Positions 49,701-61,600 of a DNA stretch of 64,000 nt are shown here, one piece after another. The position numbers and the translations under genes are program-made. Source of the DNA: Hyphochytrium catenoides (taxonomy: Eukaryota; Protista; Hyphochytriomycota). Below the pieces are notes generated by a model. That model did no database searches. It saw nothing but the letters and a program-made list of their open reading frames with translations, and was not told the DNA's origin. The stretch covers positions 33,381-97,380 of the forward strand of contig FLMG01003587.1 in assembly GCA_900088475.1 (NCBI GenBank), in the 5' to 3' direction. Position 1 is the stretch's first letter, and each line of letters opens with the position of its first letter.

Positions 49701-52700
49701 GCACTAGAGAGCATTAACCACGCGCAGGGGGCAAGGCAAACTAGAACAGAGGAAAGAAAGGGCGACGAGGTGTGGAAGATCTTTGTGACATGCTGCAGCG
49801 TAAATATGACCCAGAAGACGGAAAAGAAAGAAGTTACTCAAAGGGTGGTGGTTGAAGGATTATGTCTGCCACATGATGGGGACAAGTCCGGGTCCCTTAG
49901 ACGTGTACACTTGCTCTTTGATAAAAGTGGAGACCACAAAGCAAGCACGGGCAAGAAGAAGGTTACTCCTAAGTCATATCGGTTGCCGGGAGAAAGCTTG
50001 CGGATGGGCAAGTGGTATGCATTCCAGAGTCTAGAGGTAAGAGCTTCATAAACATCGCCCTACTGCCAAGCACCTCCCGACTTGTATGTAGGCTCACATA
50101 ACTTTCGAATACTTTTCGCTACTTCCCCTTCGGTTGCCATCAATGTTCGTCTCTATTTAGCCCTGAGCTGTTCTTCCACAATGTCAATCCAGTCGATTGA
50201 GGTCTTGTCTAAAGCAAAAAAAAACTTTAGCTGCAGCAGGACGAGCGGCACGGGATACTTCATCTAACTCATGGAAAGGTTCAAGAAATGCTACGAGAGC
50301 TTCGAGAGGCCTTACGATTGGCAACAGAGGAGCATATGGCTCAGTTGCGAAGCCATCTGAATGCAGTTTCTCTCGGTAGGGCGGCAAATCTCGTTTTTTT
50401 TCTGCCATCATCTTCATTAGCATGACATTACCTCTCATTGGCATCTCCTCCTTTCCGTTTGAGCCTGGCTAGTAAAGATGTATTTTTTTCATGCCTGTGC
50501 CATAGCTGGCCGAAGCAATTGAATAATTAGAGTTCTATTTCAGAGATGCTCGCTGTGCAGGCAAAACACCTGCCAACGATCTGTTTACAGGCGACAGCAG
50601 GAACTAAGTTCCAGGAGATAGTGCCAGTTGCAGATCGTTCAAAAGTTGCGCAAGCCACCCCTAAAGGAGAGACACCGGAGCTCAATCTCCCGGGCTTCGG
50701 TCCGCTTTCACCATGTTCAGGGATGAAGGTATCCATAAGGGACACTCCAAAGGTCTTAAACTAGCTTTCATATAACCAAGAATTTAGGAAATGACTCCAG
50801 GAGAGGACCTTTGTGCCCCACGATATCCCATGACGCTAGGGCATTATCTTCTGGCTCGCTTGGCTACTGCCATGTAAGGACTTTAGTCAGCCTTAATGTG
50901 AAAAGCCCATGTGTCTTGTACGTGGCTCCTTTTCTGCCCTTATGATTTCGGCCAAGTCAAGTTGAACAATTCTTGCTGCTAAATCCTATCTCATGCTTTG
51001 TAGCGGTCAACACAGTTCTCCTGCTCGCACACCTCAGCAATATCTCTGCCTGCCTTATCCTTGGCAGCGCCGGGTGGAGCCTGAACACCATTGCGCGGTC
51101 TCCGAAACGCTACAGGACCTTGAGGTTTTGGGCTTCTACTGATACATTGTGTTAACTTTTCGAAGAAAAAAAAAGACTCCTTATTCCAGACGTTAGAGCA
51201 CTTCGCCCTTCGTGGCAGTTCCTCCGATCTCCGGGTTAACAACAAGTCGTTACTCTTAAAACAATCTCCCATCCTTTGTCTTCCTTATCGTCCTTGACTT
51301 TGTTCCTTCCTTTAGGGTGTCATATTGACCAAGGAGCGGGGTCGAGCAACCAATAGCGAAGATCTCACTATAATAGTTCGAGACGCTAAGGGCCTAGACT
51401 TTGTCCATGTTTATGCAAATGAACAGAAGGTAAGCCAAAGTGGCAAGGAGGTGGGTGGAGCAAAGGACAAAAAGAGAAAGCTGTGGGTTGCTGAGGCAAG
51501 GGATTCCGCGAGTACGCTGCGGCCAAGGCTAGGGAGGTGACAGATCATCGTCAACCAGTCACTAAGGCTAGTGCAGCACAAACTTCCGGACTTTCTCATT
51601 GCAGGAGCACACGTCCGCTTCCAACGATTGTTCTTCCGCGCTTCACGCAGTGGCAGCTTGTCTTTTTATGTCAAGTCAACTAGCAGCTTTCTTCTCCTCT
51701 CGCTCTCGTTTCTCCCTCCAGAGCTTCTGGATTGTGACTTCTCGGCGAAATCAGCGATGTACGATCTTCTCACTGTCCTTGGGCGTAACGGCTCCTTTTA
51801 GTCCCAGTTCGTCTATGCCGCTTTCAGTCTGACAGCCAGTACCTCTCCAAACTCCTGCCTGTAGCCCCACTGCGTATTGTTATGTATGAGGCTATTATTG
51901 ACAGCTAACCATTTTGCAGGGCTACTGCTGCGCCCCTGTGCGTGTTGCAATCCTGTACATTCTATGATCGCCGTCTTTACAGATTAAGGGCCAATCTGAC
52001 GCTAATTAAGAAAATAGAGCTTAAGCTATGGTGAGGCGTCACGATGATTTAGAGCTCCCATTGCCCTCTAACTAACTCTTATTCTTTTGTTTCTAAACCG
52101 TGGCTGTGCGGCCTCCTTAGCTGCGATGTCTGTGGCCGTGCTGTTGAACCGGAACCGCCCCAGTCCACCTTTCTATCTTGCAGGAGCAATGACGAACTGC
52201 CTTGCATCAGAGCCTGTAGCTGTTGGGCATCAGGGCGTAGATTAGGGGTAGGAGTGGTGGCTGCAATAGATGACGGAACAGCAGAGGTGAGTCAAACAAT
52301 ATGAATTGTGCCTCGATGCTCCCTTTTTAGCTATCCACTTTGCCGGTCCACCCGTGTCATCCTCCTTGAACCTGCTCAGCTGCTGTTACTGTTCAAGTGG
52401 TCACATCACCATTACCTTTATTGAACTGGCAATCATCACTTATCTCAGGCGGAGATTAGGGTGGATGGAGACATGGCATGGCGTCTTCTTCGCTTCGGCA
52501 GCAGGTGAGACAGAAAGGGATGAAGGAAAACCGTAAAAATGACAAGATAGTTCATAGCCGACCAGAAAAGGTTATGGATAGGGTATTGTGGCGGCCAATG
52601 TTACAAACTGATTTTCAGTATTTAGGGATATTACTCGGTGTCAGGCTCTAGCAAAGGACTCTGGCGGCTCACTGACATATCACTTCGTCTTTGAGAGCGG

Positions 52701-53178
52701 AGAGGAAGCCGCACAGGCACCATCGGAGAACGATCGAGCTCGCACTCTTACAAATCTGCTCAGGGACATCTCCCCTTGCCGGCCCCTTAATCTCCTCTGT
52801 CGACAGTTCATAATGGTATGGGTTTCTGGAGACCGTGAGCTATATCTACTGTTCCTTGGTCCGCAGCTCTCTTGCCTTTATCCGCCCTCACAACCGAGTG
52901 ATTCATTACCGTGAGTCCTTTGCCCCCCATTTCTGTGCTGTTGCCTCCTTACCCGCCGCCAGAACGTACCTGTAGGCTCCTTCCCGCAGCTACTATTAGC
53001 TAATTTTTTCTGTGCGCTATTGCAGAAGAGCGATCCGGCCACGACTACTCGCACTATTGCCCTCGCCGGGTCTCAGCACACCACCATCGTCCCACATAGA
53101 TTACGTTTCCAGGTTTATGACATAGCAGAAGTGGACTACCATGCGGAGGCAAAGAGGTTGCTGAGGGCACTATCTTAG
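46772..53178 (+). CDS. CTC1: Probable CST complex subunit CTC1 (multi-OB-fold telomere maintenance protein), multi-exon
   Basis: 481-aa first exon with OB-fold-like strands: VNVRGVIAAVS...FFALEL and VSYEGTVTSV...GRVELDG...LRKGARIRLHNAHL...FSLCPYSH|VEIV. A later OB segment reads LTIIVRDAKGLDFVHVY...GAHVRFQRL. A Cys-containing segment near 52120 is followed by VRLGVGVVAAIDDGTAE. The last exon ends VDYHAEAKRLLRALS* at 53178. The layout resembles plant and vertebrate CTC1 as I recall it. Confidence 0.7.
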
Positions 53179-53486
53179 CATGGATTATATGCAGTGCTGC
53201 CATACTTTCCTCCATTTGTGTTGTACAGGACAATGAGACCATGACAACTGTCATCTTTGGTCTTTGAGCTCTGCAAATTGCACAGACGCTCATCCGTGGT
53301 TATCCATGAGTCCTACGTAAGCATGAGACGTGCAACTGCAAACTCCCTTGTAGTGCCATTTTAGGCAGATGATTGTCGTCGGCCGGCATCTGCGCTTGTG
53401 AACATCTGTCTCCCCACCTTCCTTACTCTTAGGCCCATGTCGCAATGCGTGGTCTTCAACTGTCTCTCGAACAGCAGTCAGCACAC

Positions 53487-55760
53487 CTATCGTTGACCTA
53501 TCCTAGAAATTTGTCTTGCGGTTAGCCAGTCTGAGGTGTGCCCTAATCCCTCGAACAGCGGGGTAGAGGCCCGAAAGCCGAGGTAGTCTACAGTTTTGGA
53601 AGGGTTGCATACGGACTTATTAATGTCCCCTGGTCGACTTTCTGCGTGCTTGATTTTGGAAGCTGAGTGTGAAGTCTGCATGCGATAGACGAGACGATGG
53701 TAAGGGAAAGCGGCATAACAAAGGCGGGGCAAGTAGAGGCGGAATGGCCCAGGGCAGACGGACTGGGCGATAAGAGGTTCTTGCAGGAGAATGATGTAAG
53801 GTGGCAGAAGATGACGGAATGGCTCTAAGTTCGCCCAGCGGCAATTGCTTAGTGGTTTTGCAAGAGACCTAAGAGCCTTAGTGGAAAGAAACATGTACGG
53901 AATATGCCGATGGGATGCAACAGACCTCAATGATAGTCTTTGCAAGTTCTTCTATCGTTGTTTCTTTGCCAGTGCAGACGTTAAAGGCGTGAAATCCTGG
54001 CAGGTCACTAAGTACTGCCATATATATTGCCTGGACAAGATCCTGTTGAGAGGAGGTCGGAGACAGTGATACTGAGTGCAAAGAAACATGAGTTCGAAGT
54101 ACATAGTCGAGGGGGCGAAGTGAGGAAGATGAGTAGCAGTTGTCTGCAAGATGTCTCTTTCTTCTTACCCCTACATAGATGAAGTCCCTTGTCTGCTTCC
54201 CGTCTCCTAGGATGGTGATATCCCGATGGTTAGTGGCAGCATCCATGAACAGCGAGATGACTCCGCTGGATAGGGAAGAAAAATGGAGAGGCCAGCGTCT
54301 GAGTCACTATTCCCGAATTGCGGGGACGGCCGACTTGCGGTGCCGAGTAGGCAGGCTCAGAACCATAAGGCGTGTGATTCAGAGAAAGGAAGGTAAAGCG
54401 GCTACCTCGGCCTAAATATCCTCGTAGCTTGCTTACCACTGAGCTTGATCTCTTATTCTCTTACCCCGCATCCACTTCTCCCTCTTACCTGTACGGGGAG
54501 TTTGGATCTTGTCTTGGCCCATAGACGTTGAAGAATCGTAGAGCAATTGTCTTTAGACCCTTCGTGGCGAACTCCTACGGCAAAGCCCTATCAGTAGACT
54601 TTTGGGGGAGGACTAAAAGGTAGTGAGGAGGCAATTGAAGAAGAAATAGAGTCGACTGAAAAGAAGACAGGAGAAATGCACCTGCATTATGCCCTCCATC
54701 TTATACTTAGTGTGCGCATAAGGAGAGAGACCGCCGTCAGCCGCTGTCTCGTCTAGCGGAAGCTTTCCCTCTGGGTGTCCGTACACAGCGGCTGATGATG
54801 CAGCCACAACTCTACTGATATTTCTAATCATGGCCCTAGTAGTTGGAAGAGAGGAGGGAAAAATAGGGGTAGAGAAAGGTTTGAAAGCGGGACGACAGGC
54901 GTGAGCTGCTGCGCAGCGCCCTAACTTCAGCTGTCACCATGGAAGAGTTGCTGCATACCATTCAAAGACATTGCGTGATCCGTCGACGTTCACTCTGCTA
55001 TACTTCTCTGGGTCTTTGACACTTTCAGCCACTGAGATAGCAGCAGCGAGATGGACCACAGCGTCAACCTACGAAGATAACAAGTTAGCTCTTTGCGGCT
55101 TTGGCAGGAGATACATGGCTTGGAGAAAAACAATTCAGCGGGAATCCACCCCAAGAAAGTGATGACGAGAGCTGAAGCAGAAGCTGCTAGATATAGCGAT
55201 AGGACATTTAGCTCCAGTTTGTCTTCTCCGTCCTCTGTGGCTCACCTCCTCCTTAATTGAGTCTAGGTCGTTTGTCCTCGTGATGTCCTTGATGTACTCA
55301 GTTGCATCCTCATTGTGGTTATGCCCATTACTCTCATCGTCAAAGATTATTACATTCAGTCCCTTGCTGAGAAGCAATTCGACCAAGTGACTCCCAATAA
55401 AACCAAGCCCGCCGGTGACGAGAATTGTCTTGGGTTGTTTGGCATGTTGGCGAAGCATCTGCACATCGCTGGGTGTCCAGCCGTACATTCTGGAGGGATC
55501 CTGTAGCACATTAATTTGCTTAGATCTGAATAGCTCTTTACGGATACGATGACTCGGACGGGTATAGAAAGAGAGGCTCCTCTCTCGCTGCATACGATGT
55601 GCCAAAGCACAAGTGAAATGTCAGAGGCCTCAGGCGACCTCTGCCTACTTACCCATGACGCTACTCTGAAGCAGTAGATAAGCAGAAGACCCACTAACGA
55701 GAGTACAAGGTAGTTCTTTGCTCGCTGGGAGAAGGTCGTGGGACTCTGAGACTGCCGCAT
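53487..55760 (-). CDS. NAD-dependent nucleotide-sugar epimerase/dehydratase (GalE/WbpP-like extended SDR) with N-terminal signal anchor
   Basis: Rossmann motif ILVTGGLGFIGSHLVE, then VVHLAAAISVAES, AASSAAVYG, catalytic YAHTK (YxxxK), LRFFNVYGPRQDPNSPY, ILGDGKQTRDFIYV, FNVCTG and RPGDI. Exon 1 encodes the hydrophobic NYLVLSLVGLLLIYCFRVASW. Confidence 0.92.
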
Positions 55761-56594
55761 TGCTCTCCTTGACCTTGATCTGTGCCTGATCTTCTATTGA
55801 AGCATGAGAAGCAAGAGCTTTCAGGTAAGGCTAACCAGACCAAGCAACGATAGCAAGCTAAGCTTGACGCTTGGCTTGCGAAAGCTAGAAGGTAAAGGTC
55901 TGATGCGAGCTCTGTGGGTCGAATCGAAGCGCAGGCGAGCATGCCGGGCAGGCTGGGCCGTTGACGCTGCAACAAGATGTCGGGTTTGGTTCTGTGCCCT
56001 TTCCTGACAAGCAATAACGAACTTACCTTGAGCTGCTCAAAATTAGGCTGCTACATGATTGCAAATAAGGAAATTCGACTCAAGGATAGGAATCGTCTAG
56101 GGAGCTGCACTGGGACAACGAATCTTAACCTTTTTCGTACTAGAATAGCGTGGGCTTGTGGCATTATACCAATTATAGTATGTGTTAGCTGATTCTTAGT
56201 GTCTGCAATCTTCTACAATACAAGGCCAAGGGCACGGCTTCTCAACAAAGAAAGTAGCGTTCTGCCAGGAATAAATGGCAATATGAGAGTGCCGTCTGTA
56301 GGTGATTAGCTCAGCGTGGAGGATCTCCATGGCCGATTGTCCGATGGCTGATGACCGATCACAGCCTGGCCAGACAGATCTGGAGACCCTACCAGCCTCT
56401 AAAGGGAGGGAGCATCGTCTAGAACCCTTGCTGGCAGGAGCCTAGTAGATACATCTGTTGCTCCGGGAAAAGGAGTGCAACAAAGGCATGAATTAAGCCA
56501 CTACATTCGACAGTGAAGCGAAGGCTTGCACTGGAGCCGTATCTGACGTCTACGGCTACCTCAAGAGGTTAGATGGCTGCTTCTTGGTAGAAAG

Positions 56595-58256
56595 ATGGAG
56601 TATCACGACAGTCCAGACAAAGAAATACTCTCAAGCCATGGACCCTGCACACAGTCCCTGAGCCAAGACTCAGATGACCTTTCATCGAAGACTATCTCAG
56701 AACTCAAGGATATTTTGAGGGGCCTGAAACAACCCACGTCCGGCGACAAGGATACATTAGTGGAGCGGATCCTATCCACTCGCCCGGGAAAACGAGCCAA
56801 GGTGGGAAATATGACTGGCAACGCCTCTACCAATGAACCAAGCGCTATCCCGATGGCTGTTGGAAGTGAAGAAGAGGATGAAGAAAGGGATCCTTTTGAA
56901 AGGTTCAGAGGAGCAGTCTTGCGGACCATGGAGAAAATGCGTCAAGATCTTGCTAATAATGGCTTGGAAGAATCGCGCAGCGGGTTTATCCTTCTCCTTC
57001 TCAGACCTTTACTTCCCTTCCTGGTCTCCATGATCAACGCGCACATCAATGATCCCAAAGAAGAGAATCAAGCTGAGAGTGACGACGCTTGGGACGAAGT
57101 ATCAAACTCTCACAATGAGACCCCTACCTCAAAAGCAGTGCCGACTGATCGGACGGAAGTAATAAGGTTAGGACGGCTTGGCCAAGGCTCTCTCGTTTTT
57201 AACTCTGACCCCTCGACTTCTACATTTCTTTAGGTTCATTGGTACTATCCTCGCTATGCACTTTATGTGCGTCTCCTCAAGACTGAAGCGGAAACTTCTA
57301 CGAGTAGCCAAGGTAGATGTTCTTCCTGATAAGCGCTTTGCTGAACTGTTACATGGCTTGAGGTTCGATCGGACGGTAAGATCTGGACACGACGGAGTCG
57401 ACTCCTCTGAGGATGGCTCCGTATACTCCTTCCTCTGGGAAGATATTGAGCCACATCTTGTCGAATACGAAGCTAAAGCATTCGAGGAGAGCCGACGTTA
57501 CCTCACACTGCTCAAGAGTGCGGTGCCCACCGCTGCCGAAAGTACGGAGGCCTATCAAAGCGTAAGGAGACCGGAGATCAATATGCTAAGCCCGAACTCA
57601 CCCTGCTCATTAATCTGCTGTAGCCATCTGAGAGCATGGACACGGAGGACGAGGAAGAGCAATTGGCAGGCCCAGGATCGGCCCCACTAACTGAGCCGGC
57701 TGCATCAGAGGAAGGGATGGAAATCAGTGACGCAGATTGGGAGGAGAGGGACTTCTTCTTGCGAGAAATCCAGCTCGGTGGAGCGTCTTTCAGAGATTTA
57801 CCGGGAATGGAAGCAGACGGGGATGATTACGATGACGATCTTTACGAGTTAAAGCGCCAACATAGGAGGGAACTGCTTGCTCATGAACCAACTCATCCTA
57901 TACAGATTACAGCTGAGCTCGTTGTTGGGAGCAAACTGAACTACGAACGTCGCTTCGCGATCCAAGCCATCCTTCGCGTCGCCATTAACGCAGGCATTGT
58001 GTGGAAGTTTAGAGAAGCGACAGCACTTTTGGCTACGTGCAATGATGTCAAGGGCTTCGAGGGTAAGAAGATCTTTGAAGGCACAAAGACGGGGACCATG
58101 TGCACACTCTAACTTAAATTTTGTATCTCCTTAGCATTCAGGGATGTGGTTCTGAGAGCGCAAGACGTCGGAGAATTCGTCATAGAGGCTGGAGACGAGC
58201 TCGTCCGATATCCGAAAGCAGCTGCGGACGGAAAGTGGAAAATTTGGAGGAAGTGA
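56595..58256 (+). CDS. SAP-domain protein, four exons, acidic
   Basis: LSSKTISELKDILRGLKQPTSGDKDTLVERI fits the SAP consensus. Three phase-compatible GT-AG introns (~57167-57233, ~57562-57623, ~58063-58134). It ends AADGKWKIWRK* at 58256. Confidence 0.8.
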
Positions 58257-58689
58257 GAACAGAAGCGATAGAGCTGACAAGGCTAATAAGAAGCCGACAG
58301 TGAGCACATTGCGGGGTTAGACTTTTGGACGAGAGTGGCTTACTACAAGTAGTCTGACAAGCTTCACTAGCATATATGGTTTTCTACAAGCCTATGGAGG
58401 TGGCTTACACTCAGGCACGGAGGAAGGGGTTTAGTGAAGTCTCATCCACATTCAGGCAGTGATCCTAGTCGGAGACTCCTACTGGTTAGCATCGGAAGAT
58501 CTGCTTTCCTCTCTGGTATCCAACCACTGTCTCCTAGTCAAGAAGCATCTCCAGGTGGTTCGAGTGCCAGTGCCGCAACCTATGACAGTTGCCATAGAGG
58601 ATTATATATATATTTGAAGAACCGCGCTGTCATTTGCTTTGCTGATGAGCTGTAGGCCCACTAAGTTTCAATTACTTATATCTGAGATA

Positions 58690-61600
58690 TTAGCCGACAG
58701 CGTTTAGTTTAAAGTCCATCTCATACTGCTCCCAGGCGGCGGAGCAAAGCTCTGATCCGCTCTTCCATCCCAGACATTGCACCATGCTGTTGTTATTAGC
58801 CTTTTCTTCCTGGTCCCGGCTCTTCTCTCGGGCGGAGTAAGCGATTACGAGGCCCTGTAGGAAGCGCTTGAGATATAGCTGGCCACCTGAGTAATCTGAA
58901 AGCGCTGGATGGACTCGCAGGAAACCGCACACAAGCTCTGCTGCCTGGGCATACTCCCTCATGAGGCATAGACAGCAGACCTAGAGAGTAACGGAGCAAG
59001 AAAGCAAGACAGTGACAAGGTGAGTCAGACTCAGGAAGTCAGTCTTGTAGGGTGAAGCATGCAGCCGAAGCTTCAGGTCATACCAGGTAATGCACAGTAG
59101 AGGAGAAAATAAGCTTATGTGCTGCGGAGTCTTCCTGAAGATGGCTGNNNNNNNNNNNNNNNNNNNNNNNNNNNNNNNNNNNNNNNNNNNNNNNNNNNNN
59201 NNNNNNNNNNGTAGGAAGCCAAAGGACGTCTGGCGGCAATGAGAGACAAGAGGTGCTCATTCGCCAAGTACTCTTCAGCCGTTTCTCCTCCTCCTCTTGT
59301 AGCTGAGAGCACTTGCTCGATAGCTAACGAATGAAGGTCATTGTACATAGAAAGCAGCCCCATCACTGCCGCCACGACGTGCCATCCCTTTCCTCTTACA
59401 AGCTCCAGTAGCTCCAAAGTCTCCTGTTTGTCCAGTCCTGAATGGGCGAAGTCTGCGTATATAGACACAAGGAGATCCTTATAGTCCTTATCCACAAGAG
59501 TGTGAAGGAGCTCCAGCCATAAATGGGATTTCGAAGCCCCCTCCTCTTCCTCTATCCGTTCTCTCAGAGTGTCACTGCTTACAGAGGTCTTTGAAGGGAC
59601 TTGTAGGAAGACAACTTGCGATACAATAGTTGACAGCTGTTCATCAAATGGTCTGCGTATCACTCCTCGCCCTCTTTCCCACTCCTTCACCAGCTTGGAC
59701 AAAGTCCGGAACTGTTCTTGGCTTTTTGAGGCCTCCAAGAGCGCAGGGAAAATTTTGACATCAAACTGCTCAAGATCATCCAGTGCAAACTGTAGATGAA
59801 ACGGGTCCACCAGAAATCTTAGCAGCATGAACGAGAAAGAAGTCTATCGCAACCACGTCTCCATAGAGTTACCTTCCTCTTCCAATGTTGCTCCACAATG
59901 ACGATGGTTTTGGTCATTTGTAGGAGCTTGACTTGCACATCATCCGCCAGCTTGTGCTCACGCAGCAGCGCCAAGACCAGGCTGCGACAGGAAGAAGGAG
60001 TAGTCTCCTGCACATCATTCGCGAAGTTAGTTGATTACCTATTGAAGTAGGCAATGAGTGCGAGAGATAGGAACCTTAAGTCCAGCTCTGTAAACGTAAG
60101 ATAGGCCTTCTATCCCATTAATGGTGCCGAGTGGTTCATACCTCGTTCACATAGGAGATCAGCACCGGCGCAACGATAGCAGTCATCTGTGGCAGAGATT
60201 CCATAACCTCCTCTCCAATCTCGGATTTCAGGCTTTCAAAGGTGACCAAATCTTCCCGGAACGCGGAGCGGTACTCGTCTTCTTGAGAGAGCTCAACTGG
60301 TCTGACAGCTGCTCTAACAGCCCTAGTTAAGAAGGCCAACATGGTCTCCAGCGGTAGTTCATCCAGCTCTTGATGGTAGGTTGGAAGGTCTCCCTGAGCT
60401 AAGGAGTGCAGATAGTCTTGCATTTGTTCCTAGCAACGCATAACCAGGGCCGCAGGTATTGCAATAAAAGCACAGCGGGAACGCAATTATGAGAGACCCA
60501 TCGATAGTCAGACGGCACACATAAATACAGTGAGAGGGAGGCGGCTTATGAAGACACAAGATAAATTAGTGGATTCTTCTACGCACATTTGGGATTTTTA
60601 GCGTCAGCTCCGCCGCCCGTTCCTGCGCATTATTAAGACTACGCAGTAGTAACCGCAATGCTTCTGCGAAAACCTCATTCTTGTCGAGGTCCATCCTGTC
60701 GTCCTCCTCGATTGCATCCTGCAAGAGCGCGCAGACTTGCAGCGGGAGGCTACACGGGACCACGGTGCCGCAAATGGTCACGGCCAAGGCTCGAAGCTAG
60801 AATCAGTGAAGCACAACGTAAGTTTACTGGAGGTTGTCCGGTGTTATAATCGAAAAGAGCAGACGGCATGTAATCCGGAAAGTGGGTACAAACGACTAAT
60901 AGTGACAAACCTGTCGCTTATCCTTCCGACTGACGTCGAAGAGGCCCACATAGTGCTCATCCAATAGCTTTAGTGCGGACATTTTTTCTACGAAGGAGAG
61001 AAGAAACAGAAAACTTCTTGCTCTCCTAAGTCTCTGAAGATCCGAGTTCACTTCTGCAATATCTCGCTTGGTGGGCTGATCCAAATGTGCAATAGCATCC
61101 TCCATCATCTACAGCACATCCAAAATTAGATATGACAGGCTGCAATACGGCCATTGGAGGAGAGCGGCGAGTTCATTTGCAGGGATTCTCTACCTTGAGC
61201 TTGAGCTGCACAGGGCATTGTATTCTATAAAGGTTAACCACTGCCACCTGCTCAATCCCGGCATGATCTTCTTCCTCCTCGTTCTCAAAACAGAACCTCA
61301 GTATTAGCTCCGTCAGGTCTTTCGCACTCAGTTTATCCAGGAATGGTGAGAATCTCCCGTAAATGTCCCACGTCAGCTGCCCATCTGTGCTCCTGCCGCC
61401 TTCTGTTGGCACTTCTCTTACTCTTCCCATCTCCTGCTCTATTTGTAATCCTCCTGGGCTGACAGCGAAGAGCTCCTTCCGGATGATGTTTTCAATTAAT
61501 AGACGGACCAGATCGCTGGCAGCGAAACCTTTCGACACGTAGATAGAGCAACAAGCTTAGACGTTAAGGCTGCAACAGACATGTGTCTCTCATTTGCGGG

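Noticed and set aside
52489-52504. TCGCTTCGGCAGCA resembling the 5' end of U6 snRNA
   Set aside because: No ACAGAGA box or rest of U6 follows, and it falls in a CTC1 exon just before a donor.
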